Below are positions 1 through 10,832 of a DNA stretch of 64,000 nucleotides, piece by piece. A model generated the notes under the pieces. That model made no database searches. It was not told where the DNA came from and saw only the letters and a list, made by a program, of their open reading frames with translations. Position numbers and translations under genes: made by a program. This DNA is from Trichosphaerium sp. ATCC 40318 (lineage: Eukaryota > Protista > Tubulinea): the NCBI GenBank assembly GCA_038496445.1, contig JALMLS010000064.1, positions 620,001 through 684,000 of the forward strand. The letters are read 5' to 3'. Every line of letters starts with the position of its first letter. Position 1 is the stretch's first letter.

Positions 1-460
1 TAGCTGCAGACGCAGAGATGAGAGATAATCCAGGTACTCTTCGCTTAGACTGGTTCTTATTGTTGCTTACGTTAATCAATAGCCGCACTGTTTTTGTAAA
101 AAGAGATGCCTCAAAAAATATGCTCGAAACATTGGCTGGTTCATGTAATTAATGCTGTAGCGAAAAAAGCGTTGGTCACGTTTTATTATGCTCCGCTGTT
201 GTACGCGCAAAAACAACATTAGTTGAACAAAACGAAATAAAACATCAGAATTTATATCTCGTGTGCTGCACTGCGCCTGTATAGTGCCATTCTGGTGGAT
301 ATGCCAGGCCTTAAGGCGTGTCTCTAGTTTGTGAAATAAAAAGGTCGTCAACTGTTTTTTTAAATAGCTTGACTTTTTCCAGTAACAACTACGTCAGTTT
401 CAGTGAGACAAATGGTTTAACAACATCATCTGGCATAAACCACCGTAAACCTTACGGAAA

Positions 461-2770
461 ATGAAACGCACCAACACACAAAAACTTGAGAGGGATGCTA
501 TTAAACAAAACGGCATATTGCCTAATAATGTAAGTTAATAGCGTTTGGCGTTAAATTAGATAATTTTGTACTAGGCTCGCCGAAAACGCGTTGGTTTGAC
601 AACACAGATCCGTAAACAGCAGCGCCAGGCCACTATCTCTAAAAGACGAAACCCAGCAGCTGTAAAAAGCCACGAGAAGGCTGACAAAACGTGGCGTCTT
701 CTCACCAAAAACGTACTTTAACGCTCGTATGCTTATGCTAAGTACTCAAATAGCTCGAAGCATTTATGCGGTACCTTAATTCTGATGACAGCAGAAAGCA
801 AATTCAATCAGCTCACATGTTTCGTTTGGTGCTCAGTAAAAGTAAGTTACCGCCTAAACGTCAATTATCTCTAATTTTTTTTTCCCGCGAAGAGGAAAAT
901 CCTCCTATCGATGAAATACTCGGCTTTGGGTGTATAAAGCGCATCATAGAATTACTAGACGACCCTGGGCGAAACATTGCGTTACAGGTACACAGAGTGG
1001 AAACTTTTTTTTTTTCTAAACGAACGCGTGTAGATGGAACTACTATGGATTCTCTGCAACATTGCCGTTGGCACAACAGCACACGTGAAGTTCCTCTTAG
1101 ACTTGAACGCACTGCCTAGAATTCTCTCTCGTGTTGCTTCAGACCATCCATCTCTCAGGTAGACAGCATTTCACCTTTTTTGTTCAAAAAAAAAAATGAT
1201 CAAATTCTGACTCTGCTTCCTTCTTTTTAGATCACAGGCTTTGTGGACGTTGGCAAATATTGCAGGTGATTGTCCAGAGATTAGAGATGAAGTTCTAAGA
1301 GCTGGTGTTATTCCACACTTGAAGAAAATCTTTTCCTCTATTGAAGACGTTGATACAAAGCGTCAACTTGCTTGGTTAGTATTAAATCTTGTTCGTGGCA
1401 AGCCATCCCCTGATTGGGCTTACGTTGGTGTACGTTTATTGGCATCTACGCGCATCAAAGAAAAGAGTGCAGACCTGTTAACGAACCGGCTGTGCAATGA
1501 AGTTTCTTTGATTTCGTTTTTTTATGACTTTTTTTTTGCTAACAGTGTGTAAGGAATTGGTTGGCCTCCTAGAGTCTCTCATTACTGTCGAAGACATCGA
1601 AGCCCTCAAGGATGTTGCTTGGGCTTTCTCTTTTGTGACAGATAGGAACGGACCACCACTACGTGCTTTGGTATCTAAATCGACGCTGGTTGGCCAAGCC
1701 ATCAATTTAATAAGGTTAGTGTAACATCTCTAGGTCGTTTTTAGTTCAGCATCGTTCTTTGCTCTTGCTGTCGCTTACATTATTGTCTATTAGAACTGTT
1801 GACGACGAAGACTTAATATTCACCTTGATGCGTGGTGTCGTTAACGTTTTGGCTGGTGACGAACAGGTTGTAGAGGCTGTGATAGGCAAAGGTATTCTTG
1901 GTGTTGTTCATGCGTGTTTGGGTCACACAAGTGAGAAAGTTAGAAAGCAAGGTACGCTTTTTTGTCTTTTTTATTTTTCTTCTCGCTAATTTTCTTTCGT
2001 AAGCTATGTGGGCGCTTTCTAATGTTATGGTTGGACCTTTACGCCATATTACCGCTGTATTCTCTCATAACATGATGCTTCCTGCAATCAACCTTCTAAA
2101 GTCTGATGCGCTTAGTGTCAGATGCGAAGCAGTGTGGTGTGTATCCAATTGTCTACAAAGAGCAAGCGTAGAGCAATTCTGGTACGTAAACGTCACTGTA
2201 CTTTTTTTTTTTTTTTGAATCCGCGATTTTTAATGAATTGTATTTAGGTGCATTCTACAATATGGTGCTATCGAAGGTCTGTGTCAGTTCATCACCAATA
2301 CATCTTCTGATCCTAAGGCGGTATTGGAGAGCCTTAAAGCATTAGAAAAGCTCCTTCAGTTTGGTACTGCGCAACGCAAACCTGATGGAGATAATCTTGT
2401 TGCACTCGCTATTGAAGAGCTTAATGGTCTTGAAGCGTTGGAGAAGTTGCAGTATCATACAATAGAAGACATCTTCCACTTATCTCAGCACATAATAGAG
2501 AAGTACTTCGACGTACGTGAAAGAACTTCTGAAGTTCATACTCAATTGGAAAAAAAATCTTGCTGTTTGCTTTTTTGTTTTTTGTTTGAATTCTCCTTTG
2601 TCTGTTCTCTTTTTCTTTTAATACATCTGTGACTTGTTTACTTATGTGGTACTCTTTCTTAGGGAGAAGAGGACGTCCAGTTTACTAGAATGCAACCTGA
2701 AGTAGGATCGAATAACCAATTTGTGTTTTCTCAACCAAAAAATCCTAGCCAAGGATTTAACTTTGGCTAA
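461..2770 (+). CDS. KPNA: Importin subunit alpha (karyopherin alpha), multi-exon
   Basis: ATG 461. The IBB-like ARRKRVGLTTQIRKQQRQATISKRR follows the first intron. ARM-repeat motifs WTLANIAGD, WLVLNLVRGKP, WALSNV and GLEALEKLQYH; typical C-terminus QGFNFG* at 2770. Confidence 0.93.
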
Positions 2771-2972
2771 ATGTTATGTGTACACAATAAAAGAAAACCT
2801 TAACGTATGAATATCGCTGTAAACATAAATAAGTTTACTTCTTTTGTTCAGTTGGTTAGGTCAAGCCACATCTTTTCCCATATTTAGACCTTGATTGATT
2901 GAAACTTGGGTATAAGTTATAGAATTCTTTTTAACCTCCTATCGTTGCAACAGCTCTCTTACGTTTCCTGTC

Positions 2973-3794
2973 ATGGCTTCATGTAAAAGGGTACACCAAT
3001 TAATACGCTCTAGTTTAACACGCTTGTGTTTTGTTCTAATGAACGATAAATAGGTGAAAGTAGCTGCTCCAACGCTTATAAAAGAGCAAAGTCGTTTATT
3101 AAGACTTCCAGTTGAACTACAACTGAAACTCTACGAGCCAGACTCGGAAGTCTATCAAAAATATCCTTTGTTAGCGAAAGACGCTGCATTTTGTACCAGG
3201 TTCAATGGTAGTTTGCAGAAACACGGCAAGTGGATTCGGCGAAGTAACGACGAGGATAGAGACTGCCAAACATGGACCATGTTCGGTCACACCAAGGAGC
3301 AGTACACCTTCGAGAATGGTAAAAAAGAAGGAGTATACAAGAAGTGGAACGAAGTTGGTCAACTCATAAAGGAATGCCAGTATGTCGACAAGAAATTGGA
3401 AGGAGAGTATAAGTCGTGGCACGACAATGGATGTAAGAAGGAAATATTTACTATCATAAACGGTAGACAAGAAGGAGAGTACACGAGGTGGTTTGACAAT
3501 GGCCAGATGGAAGAACAAGGCTTGTATGTCAACGGTTCCTACCACGGACTGCGAAGTGAATGGTGGGACAATGGTGTTCACGCCTCAGTATGTTACTATG
3601 TTAACGGTAAACGTCAAGGAGAGTTAAAAACATGGAATTTGAACGGCGAGAGTGAAGAGGATAGGTATTACGAAAATGATATTCTGAAACGGACCACGTG
3701 GAAGCGAAATGGTGTCAATTTTGTTCATTCTTTTCACCGTGATGAAAATGGTGATTTAGTAACGACGGCATCGATTGAATCAGCTTCGGCGTAA
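2973..3794 (+). CDS. F-box-like + MORN-variant repeat protein (copy A)
   Basis: Exon 1 ATG 2973-2990 (MASCKR), 63-nt GT-AG intron 2991-3053, then ORF 3054-3794. N-terminal LLRLPVELQLKL is F-box-like; 24-aa repeats of the type GEYKSWHDNGQ..E..Y.NG follow. Confidence 0.85.
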
Positions 3795-3928
3795 TAATTT
3801 CTGTGCAATAAAAAACAGTCTCTTGATTTCTCAGTCTTTTTATTAGTAACCAGTACAAAATTAGAAAGGCATCTGACAAGCAGTGAAAGTAAGTACAATT
3901 TTTATCACATTAAAGACGTGGCTGTTAA

Positions 3929-5433
3929 TTAGAGGTGTGGAATGCCTCTACTATGTTGTCCTAGAGAATAATGTATAAACTCATCAAAGTAGTCAACACG
4001 ACGTGCACGCAGCCGGAACCTGGTTTCTATACAGAAAGCAGTACTAAACCTACTTTTTTCAACAGCATGAAGGCCTTTCAATGATAGAATAGCTTCATCT
4101 GTAATTTGGTCACAGTTTTTAAGACCAATTGTATGAACACCTGATAATGCTTTGACACCTTCATCTGTCACTGATGTACTGTCAAGATTAATAGCATGGA
4201 CACCTGCAAGTACTTTAATACCTTCGTCTGTCACTGATGTACGAGCAAGATCAATGGCGTGAACACCTGCAAGTGCTTTAATACCTTCATCTGTCACTGA
4301 TGTACCACCAAGGTGAATAGTGTGAACGCCTGCAAGTTCTTTTACACCTTCATCTGTAACTGCAGTATCTTTAAGGAAAACAGTATGAGCACCTTTTAAT
4401 GTTTTGACTCCTTCATCTGTGACTGCGGTTCCGTTAAGATAAATAGTATGAACTCCTTCAAGTTGCTTTAAACTTTCATCAGTAACTCTAGTGTCAGTAA
4501 GGTTAATTGTATGAACGCCCTTTAACGATTTGATGCCTTCATCAGTAATGTGTTCACAATCAAAAAGATCTATAGTGTGAACGCCTGTAAGGGCTTTGAT
4601 TCCAGCATCTGTCACAAAAGTGGAAGTAAGATCAATTTTATGTACACCTTTCAATGCCTTGATACCTTCATCTGTGATTGAACCACAACAATAAAGGCAA
4701 ATAGAATGTACTCCCACAAGTGATTTCAGATCATGATCGTTAATAACTCCTTTTTTAACATTTTTCAACTTTGGGTTTGCTTTGAACGATGGATCAAGGT
4801 ATCTACAGCCAGATAACAATGAATACAAAGTATTATTTTGAACATTCATAACAATGACACTGTTGTTCATGATACCGTTGTACTGTCTGATCTTTAAAAT
4901 ATCTGGAATATCATAAATGTACACTCTTTGATATCCAACAACGTCATGGATGATATCAGCCATCAAACGACATGATTGAGCAACAGCGAATCTTAATTTC
5001 GCTTCTGTATGACTTAGAATTGTAGATATCACTTCTGGTGGGAAATTGATGATATTGACTACCTTGCGTAGACCTGTTGCTCCTCTTCTTAATTGTTTTA
5101 TTAGCATACACGCACAATTAATAGAACTTACTGTCTCGTTTGTTTATATTTTGGTAGCAGCATGTCCTTAGATTGTGCCACACGCTTATCTTTTTGCAGA
5201 TCAAGGGTTGGGGGACGTTGTGAAGGCTGTTTAGTTGCGTTACTATCAGTATCGGTGTTGTTAATGTATTCGTCTAGTTGTTTTAAAAGGTTCAAGTTTG
5301 CATTGTTTAAGATAGTTTCAAGTTGTTTTACGAATATTTGACGTTCTTTTGCAACAATTTTACTGAATTTCTCTGTATGCTTCTCGCAATAGTATGTGAT
5401 TGCTTGCTCAACTGAAACACCTGGTAAATTCAT
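3929..5433 (-). CDS. F-box + leucine-rich-repeat protein (copy A); ORFs 5128-5433 and 3929-5107 are one spliced gene
   Basis: A GT-AG intron at about 5131-5088 joins the two ORFs in frame. F-box IINFPPEVISTILSH...VAQSCRLM; about 10 LRRs of the form L.GVH.I.L..T.VTDEG.K. Confidence 0.88.
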
Positions 5434-5477
5434 TACTCTAGCACTGCTTTGATTAGATTTAATATAAATAAAGCAAT

Positions 5478-5820
5478 TTATTTTTTTTTTTTATTTATTT
5501 TATTTTACATCCGTTGACTTCCACTGGCCCAATAGGGCGCTCATTCCACGAAAGGTGAAGTAATAGATGCCACCATATTCATTCATCGATGGGTTTCTGT
5601 GGATAAATCCAGGGAACACACCACAGCAGTTCACACTCCCTCATGTTTAATATTTTGGCTGCCTGAGGTACACAGTGCCGGTTTACAAACAACTTCAAGC
5701 CTGGAACAGAGATTTGCAGGAAGTCCCGAGTTGATACAGATTTTCTCCCTCTGGGAATCGAACCCAGCCCAGCAGAGTAGCAACACACCGAAATACCAGT
5801 ATGCCACCAACACCGCCCCC
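5478..5820 (-). mobile_element. tRNA-derived SINE (tRNA-Gly-like head, A-rich tail, 15-bp TSD)
   Basis: Minus strand begins GGGGGCGGTGTTGGTGGCATACTGGT (A-box TGGCATACTGG) and contains the B-box GGTTCGATTCC (~5753-5763). A-rich tail at 5478-5506. Identical flanking repeats TATAAATAAAGCAAT at 5463-5477 and 5821-5835. Confidence 0.85.
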
Positions 5821-5887
5821 TATAAATAAAGCAATCATGCAAGGAAGGCTTAAGTAAGCGAATAAGTAAGGATTACGTGATGCTACT

Positions 5888-7302
5888 TTACTTCAGCTCA
5901 ACAAGATTACAAGCAACGCTTTTTGCAGCTGACCACACTTCTTTCTTCTCCGAGTGACTGAACAAGATGGTCGCACTATGTAGCCTTGTCAAGATCTCAA
6001 TCCAAGTGAGTTTGTCTTCTTTGGTGAGCTTGTTTGCTCTTTTCTGGAATACAAACAAAGAATCGCGGATACCGATGGGTACATAGTCGCTATTGAATAA
6101 TATCATCTCGGACAGGAATACATTCACACCTGTCATCATGCTGTCATGGAAGCAAACATATCCATCTATGGAAGGGCTTAGGGTAACTTTTTACCGTACA
6201 AAACAAAATAAAATCACCTTCAACCACGTGATTCGACCAAGCCTCAAAGTCTTCCTTGACATTTTTCAACTCATGTACTGCATCTATGAATAAGAGCCCA
6301 ATCTAACGTATTTAAGAGATTTGAAACTTATGAAAGGGAGTACTTTGCTTGTTGTAGTTTTTGCAACATTGTAAGAAAAATCTTGGATAACTTCAACTTT
6401 AGCGGCTAAGTTTCGCTTTTTTAAGTTGTCGCGCATCTCTGGTAGCGTATCATCGATCCCATATCCGAGTAACCCTTTACTGGGCATAAGGTACACGCTG
6501 GTATGTTGTCATATCGTACCTAGATGTGGATCAACAGATATAACCTTAGAATTTTCAGCAGTTGCTAGAACACAAAGTGAACGACCACAAAAGCTTCCAA
6601 GTTCAACAGATACAGTATTCGCTGGTTTTAGTCTGCACAAGCTGTACATTACGCATGCTTCGTCGACTGAGAACCATCCACGAATCCCATTAACAGTTTT
6701 CAGTAATTTTGCAGCTGTTTCACGTGATACCGTGGGCAAAGTATCAAGTTTTCGTATACGATCAATGAGGTCGTTGTTTTTACACTTCTTGGCGTCTTCG
6801 AATTCGCCCAGAAGAAGAAACTGTAGCCACAAACAACGTCGTTTGTCGCTGTCACATTCTTCTAGCGCTTGATTAAAAGATACAGGCAATTCTGTAGGTT
6901 CTAGACCCAAGGCAATGGACAAATCAACACGTGAGCCTCCCAATCCACTAGCTAGTTTTGGGGTAGCTTCAGAACTGACGAAAGATACAGCTCGTGATTG
7001 GAAACCCATATTTCTTAACAATCTGCCAGCGGTTTTGACCATCGCCTCAGTTTTTTGTACCTTTAAACTGACCATGGCGTCCTAGAGTAACATCAGGGCA
7101 GGCGTTAAATACAAAAAAAACATACTTTATAGGCCCCGCTAAGATCTCCAGCTAGCTCCCTCACCAGTGCTCTCATGGCGTAAATGTTTTGGTTACCTTG
7201 AGTAATCAACGTATCGCATACCGCCAAAGCACTCAACACGTTTTGTTGATCAATGTAGGTTGTAAGACGCGCGTAAATTGCGTTAATGTTTGTGTTGGCC
7301 AT
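5888..7302 (-). CDS. Class I SAM-dependent methyltransferase (Methyltransf_24-like) with helical/TPR-like N-terminus, multi-exon
   Basis: Motifs GWFSVDEA, VELGSFCGRS, VISVDPHLG, LLFIDAVHE..VKEDF, GYVCFHD. N-terminal IYAMRALVRELAGDLSGAYK is TPR-like. Confidence 0.75.
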
Positions 7303-7431
7303 CTTGCGAGAAAATGAGATTATTATTGATTTAAAGTTCTCTGAGAGGATGTTCACATTCACTTTCATTCTTGAGCTTCAAAACATATGTTAGCTATTCA
7401 AATTAGACACCTAGGAAGGTAGCTGATTTAT

Positions 7432-8433
7432 TTATGACTTGTATAAAGTAAGATTTACAATATTGCTATTAACTAATGAGCAATGTCCATAAACTTCGTT
7501 ATCGTGCATCAGGAATCTTTCTTTATAAGTTTGAACTTGAACAAATACTTGAAGAGGAAACACGTCAGGTGTTTTAGCATCTGCAACGTGAACGTGATGA
7601 AGTTTTCCTTGAAGAGAAAAGGTTCCTGGAGGCACCTTTGCACGTGGAACGCGAACTGGCCCCAAAAAGACGCGTTGGGGAGCTAGTGATCTGTCGAAAA
7701 GGAAAGGTATTTTAAACGTTTTTTTATCACCTGGTTTCAATATCGCAGTAAGTTGTTCCATTCCTGACGCACACATGTAGTCTCTACCATGAAAATCCTT
7801 CTTATTATTCAAGTAACCATCTTCAGTCTTGACAGCAGGCTTCCAAATATATAAAGCGCTACCACCTTCAATAACGGAACATTCATCGTTTCTGTAACCC
7901 TCACATAGAAATACTTGTTCTTCGTGTGCACCAATGTTCTCAAGTGTGAGATTGAATGTTACAGTCTCTCCTCTATGAATCTCTGCCTTGTCGCATGTCA
8001 AATCTGATAGGATGCAAGGAAGAATTCTATTTCTATACTTTTCTTTCCACGTGACAGCATTGAAATTATACAAAGTCGATGGCATTTGGATAGTCTTTGT
8101 ATGTGGTAGCCACTGTTGCGTTTCAGGGCAAAATACTGAGGAGTATTGCGTTAAACTTTGCTGTAACTTCTTTTCAACAAGGTCATGGACGAGCTTCTCT
8201 ATTTCTTCGGCGTCGTTCCCCCATTTCTTGTGGTATAAACGTTTAAAGATGTACTCTTCGTCAGTACGTATCATTTCGTTTAAAAAGTGGTTTGATTGCT
8301 GTAATGAAGCTAAATCTTGCCATAATAGATTATTACTCACGATAATGTTCAAGATTATCTCAAGAGGCATGGCAAGCAAATTCGCAGAGTCTGTACATGT
8401 ATCACCAGGCGAAGTGCGCTTTACCGTTTCCAT
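7432..8433 (-). CDS. Intronless F-box protein with C-terminal Ig-like/beta-rich region
   Basis: 333-aa ORF. F-box LLAMPLEIILNII...WQDLASLQQSNHFLNEM and a WKEKY motif; LTCDKAEIHRGETVTFNLTLENIG resembles an Ig-like strand pattern. Confidence 0.75.
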   Translation of the reverse strand: METVKRTSPGDTCTDSANLLAMPLEIILNIIVSNNLLWQDLASLQQSNHFLNEMIRTDEEYIFKRLYHKKWGNDAEEIEKLVHDLVEKKLQQSLTQYSSVFCPETQQWLPHTKTIQMPSTLYNFNAVTWKEKYRNRILPCILSDLTCDKAEIHRGETVTFNLTLENIGAHEEQVFLCEGYRNDECSVIEGGSALYIWKPAVKTEDGYLNNKKDFHGRDYMCASGMEQLTAILKPGDKKTFKIPFLFDRSLAPQRVFLGPVRVPRAKVPPGTFSLQGKLHHVHVADAKTPDVFPLQVFVQVQTYKERFLMHDNEVYGHCSLVNSNIVNLTLYKS

Positions 8434-8637
8434 TTCTTAACTGTTTTATTTCCACGTGAATGTAAAAGGCTTTTAAGTGAAATGTAAGCAAAGTACTTCG
8501 CATCCCAGTGTTACCAACATTAAAACGCTTCCTAACCACCCAAAGGCATTATCTACCAATAGGCGGATCTTTTTCACTGTAATTCCATTCTCATTGCTTG
8601 GGGTTGTGATTCTTTTTTTTACAATTTATACAACTTT

Positions 8638-10526
8638 TTATGGTTCCAATAGGGGCTTGGCGTATTCTGGAACTTTGATATTAAGATCTGGTCTATTGAC
8701 AACCGTAAGATGTCATGCAAGTGTTGTTGAGAAGAGAAAAAAATTATTACCTAAAGTGTTTCAATGTTGCTGCAAACGTATCTTTATCTCCTTTCCTAAA
8801 AAATATTTGAGTCTATAGCCTTCAAAAAATTAGTGCTTACCACCAATAGGGTACATGAACAACAGTGATACCTGGTAACAGACAAGAGGTTAGCCTTAAA
8901 GTTCATGTATTGGCTACATACCTGCTTCCTCACACTGCTGTAGTTTTACTCTGTCCATATCTTCGTAATCTTTCCTTGTACTGTATCCATGAAAGTATGT
9001 AGACAAGTCTTCGTAGTGTTGTGGACCTAAAAGTTTGTCAGCGTACAAGATGTTTAACTACACACAAAAGTGCAAGAGTACCTTGATAGTCAATAGCAAG
9101 TTTCAACTCAGGAACATAAATATCAAAATTAACTTCCCGTTTAAGCTTCTCAGCTATACCCTTAAAGTTTTCTTTAACTGAAAGTCTAGGGAATAATTCT
9201 CTTGTGCATTCATGGGCAAGTCTACATTGAATTAAAAGTAAGAAAACCTTCATGTGGGGACATTAAACTATAATCTCTACCTTTGTCCAGCACGTTTTGT
9301 TTTCAATGAAAACGTGTCAAAATCCCAATCATGCTCAGGGTGAAGTAAAGTAAGTACTTCAGGAAAGTACTTAGCAAGTCCACCAGCACCAAAATCATGT
9401 ATTTGGCCTTGAGTTACGCGATACCAATCATCAGGCTTGGTAATTTTAAATTCTACCTCCATTTCTATTGCAAACGTTTTTGGTAAATAGAAAGTACAAG
9501 GTTTCTGTAAGTATCACACCTTTAAGTACTGGAACTACATTGTCTTTGTCTAACCAATAACCTCTAGGCGCTGCCTTAAACCTCCATTTTTTCCAGTTGT
9601 AATGAGGAAAGAGCGCTTGTAAGGCATCCGAGAGCGATTGGTTGAATCTGTGATTAGTTAAAAAAGAAAATTCGTATTTATTCCTTTGTTCTTACTTGTT
9701 CAATAAGGATGCACCTCCCATTTCTGTAAACTCATCCTTCGTTACATTGTACCAACTATCAATTGTCTTGAAGTTTTCTTGCTCTGACAATCGGAGAAAG
9801 AATTCAACCTGATTTTCCTTCTCGTCCCAGTAGCCACGCTGTGTATACCTGAAGGATTGGTTAGATGACATTGTCTGCTAATTGGTACGTACGCAAAATC
9901 TTCATTGTCCCATTTATGTTCAGGATATACTTCTTGTAGCGCTGATAGAATCTTTACATACCTAGCATATCACTTAACAAATACTGAACGGTGGAAACTT
10001 GCTATTTGGATTTTACTTTTTGAGTATCGTCCAACCTTTGAGCTCCTTCAAGTCTTTAGGCCTCACAAAATGCCAATCATCATAAGTTTTTACTCTCAAT
10101 ATTTCACTGATATCATTGAAATAATCTCTACAACGATCCAAGTCATCCCAATACCCAGCAGGAGTAGCTCTAAGTTCATCAACAAACTATCAAAAAAATT
10201 AGAAAAAAAGTCACGTGCTTAAACTTCCATATCTTGAACTGAAACTCTTTCTTGTATACATCGCGCAAAGCGCTAGAAAGCGAGTCGTTATAATGTTCCT
10301 TTAATAAACCAGCTCCACCGATATTTGCAACTTGTCTATGGGTAACATTATACCAATCTTCGTAATCATTTATTTTAAGTTTTTCTTTCACTTCATCAAA
10401 GAATAAACGTTTTTTTTGCCATGTCCAAACTGACGGATCGGCTGGAGGCTCTTTTTTCGTCTCTGTTGCAGTTTGAACGCTTTTGAAGCGCTTACGTTTC
10501 AGCCTTTTTAATAATTGCGTTGACAT
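8638..10526 (-). CDS. Four Trp-rich ~65-70-aa repeats + C-terminal PD-(D/E)XK/RAP-like nuclease domain (paralogue 1); 5' end uncertain (possible upstream exon from 10631)
   Basis: Spliced repeats follow GYW...F......I...DDWY.VT......GG..LL....S...AL...YP...W...F. C-terminal FDIYVPELKLAIDYQG|PQHY...MDRVKLQQCEEAG|ITVVHVPYWW. Confidence 0.75.
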
Positions 10527-10832
10527 GCCTTATACGCTCTAATATTACTAAATATTAGCAATTACGCGTAGAGCAGTAGTTTGACGTTGTGTAAAATGTG
10601 TTTGAATAAATAAACGATACAAAATGAGCATTTGTGGCTCTGGAATACTTTTATCATATAACATTGCGAATACGTACTCAACGGATGACTTTCTTCTTGC
10701 GCGCGTTTATTGGCTTATTTGACCTCCTATTGTATACATACATAACAAGACTTTGCTTTGAGGTACCACTTAGCCATGATAAACGGAATAATGGCACAAA
10801 ACAGGAACTTGGGTGACTCAGCTTTATTAAAT

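Noticed and set aside
1-351. 5' end of a minus-strand gene (possible ATG at 219)
   Set aside because: Exon-like segments exist, but no recognisable product or reliable splice model could be built.
4080-4720. CRISPR-like regularly spaced repeats (also in the MORN genes)
   Set aside because: The 72-75-nt periodicity is coding LRR/MORN repetition with codon-position variation; no cas genes.
5128-5433. Small ORF + LRR ORF as a two-gene operon (also 13146-13460)
   Set aside because: A short GT-AG intron joins them in frame in both copies.
5745-5816. Functional tRNA gene
   Set aside because: A and B boxes are present, but the acceptor stem does not pair and the segment is part of a TSD-flanked, A-tailed element.
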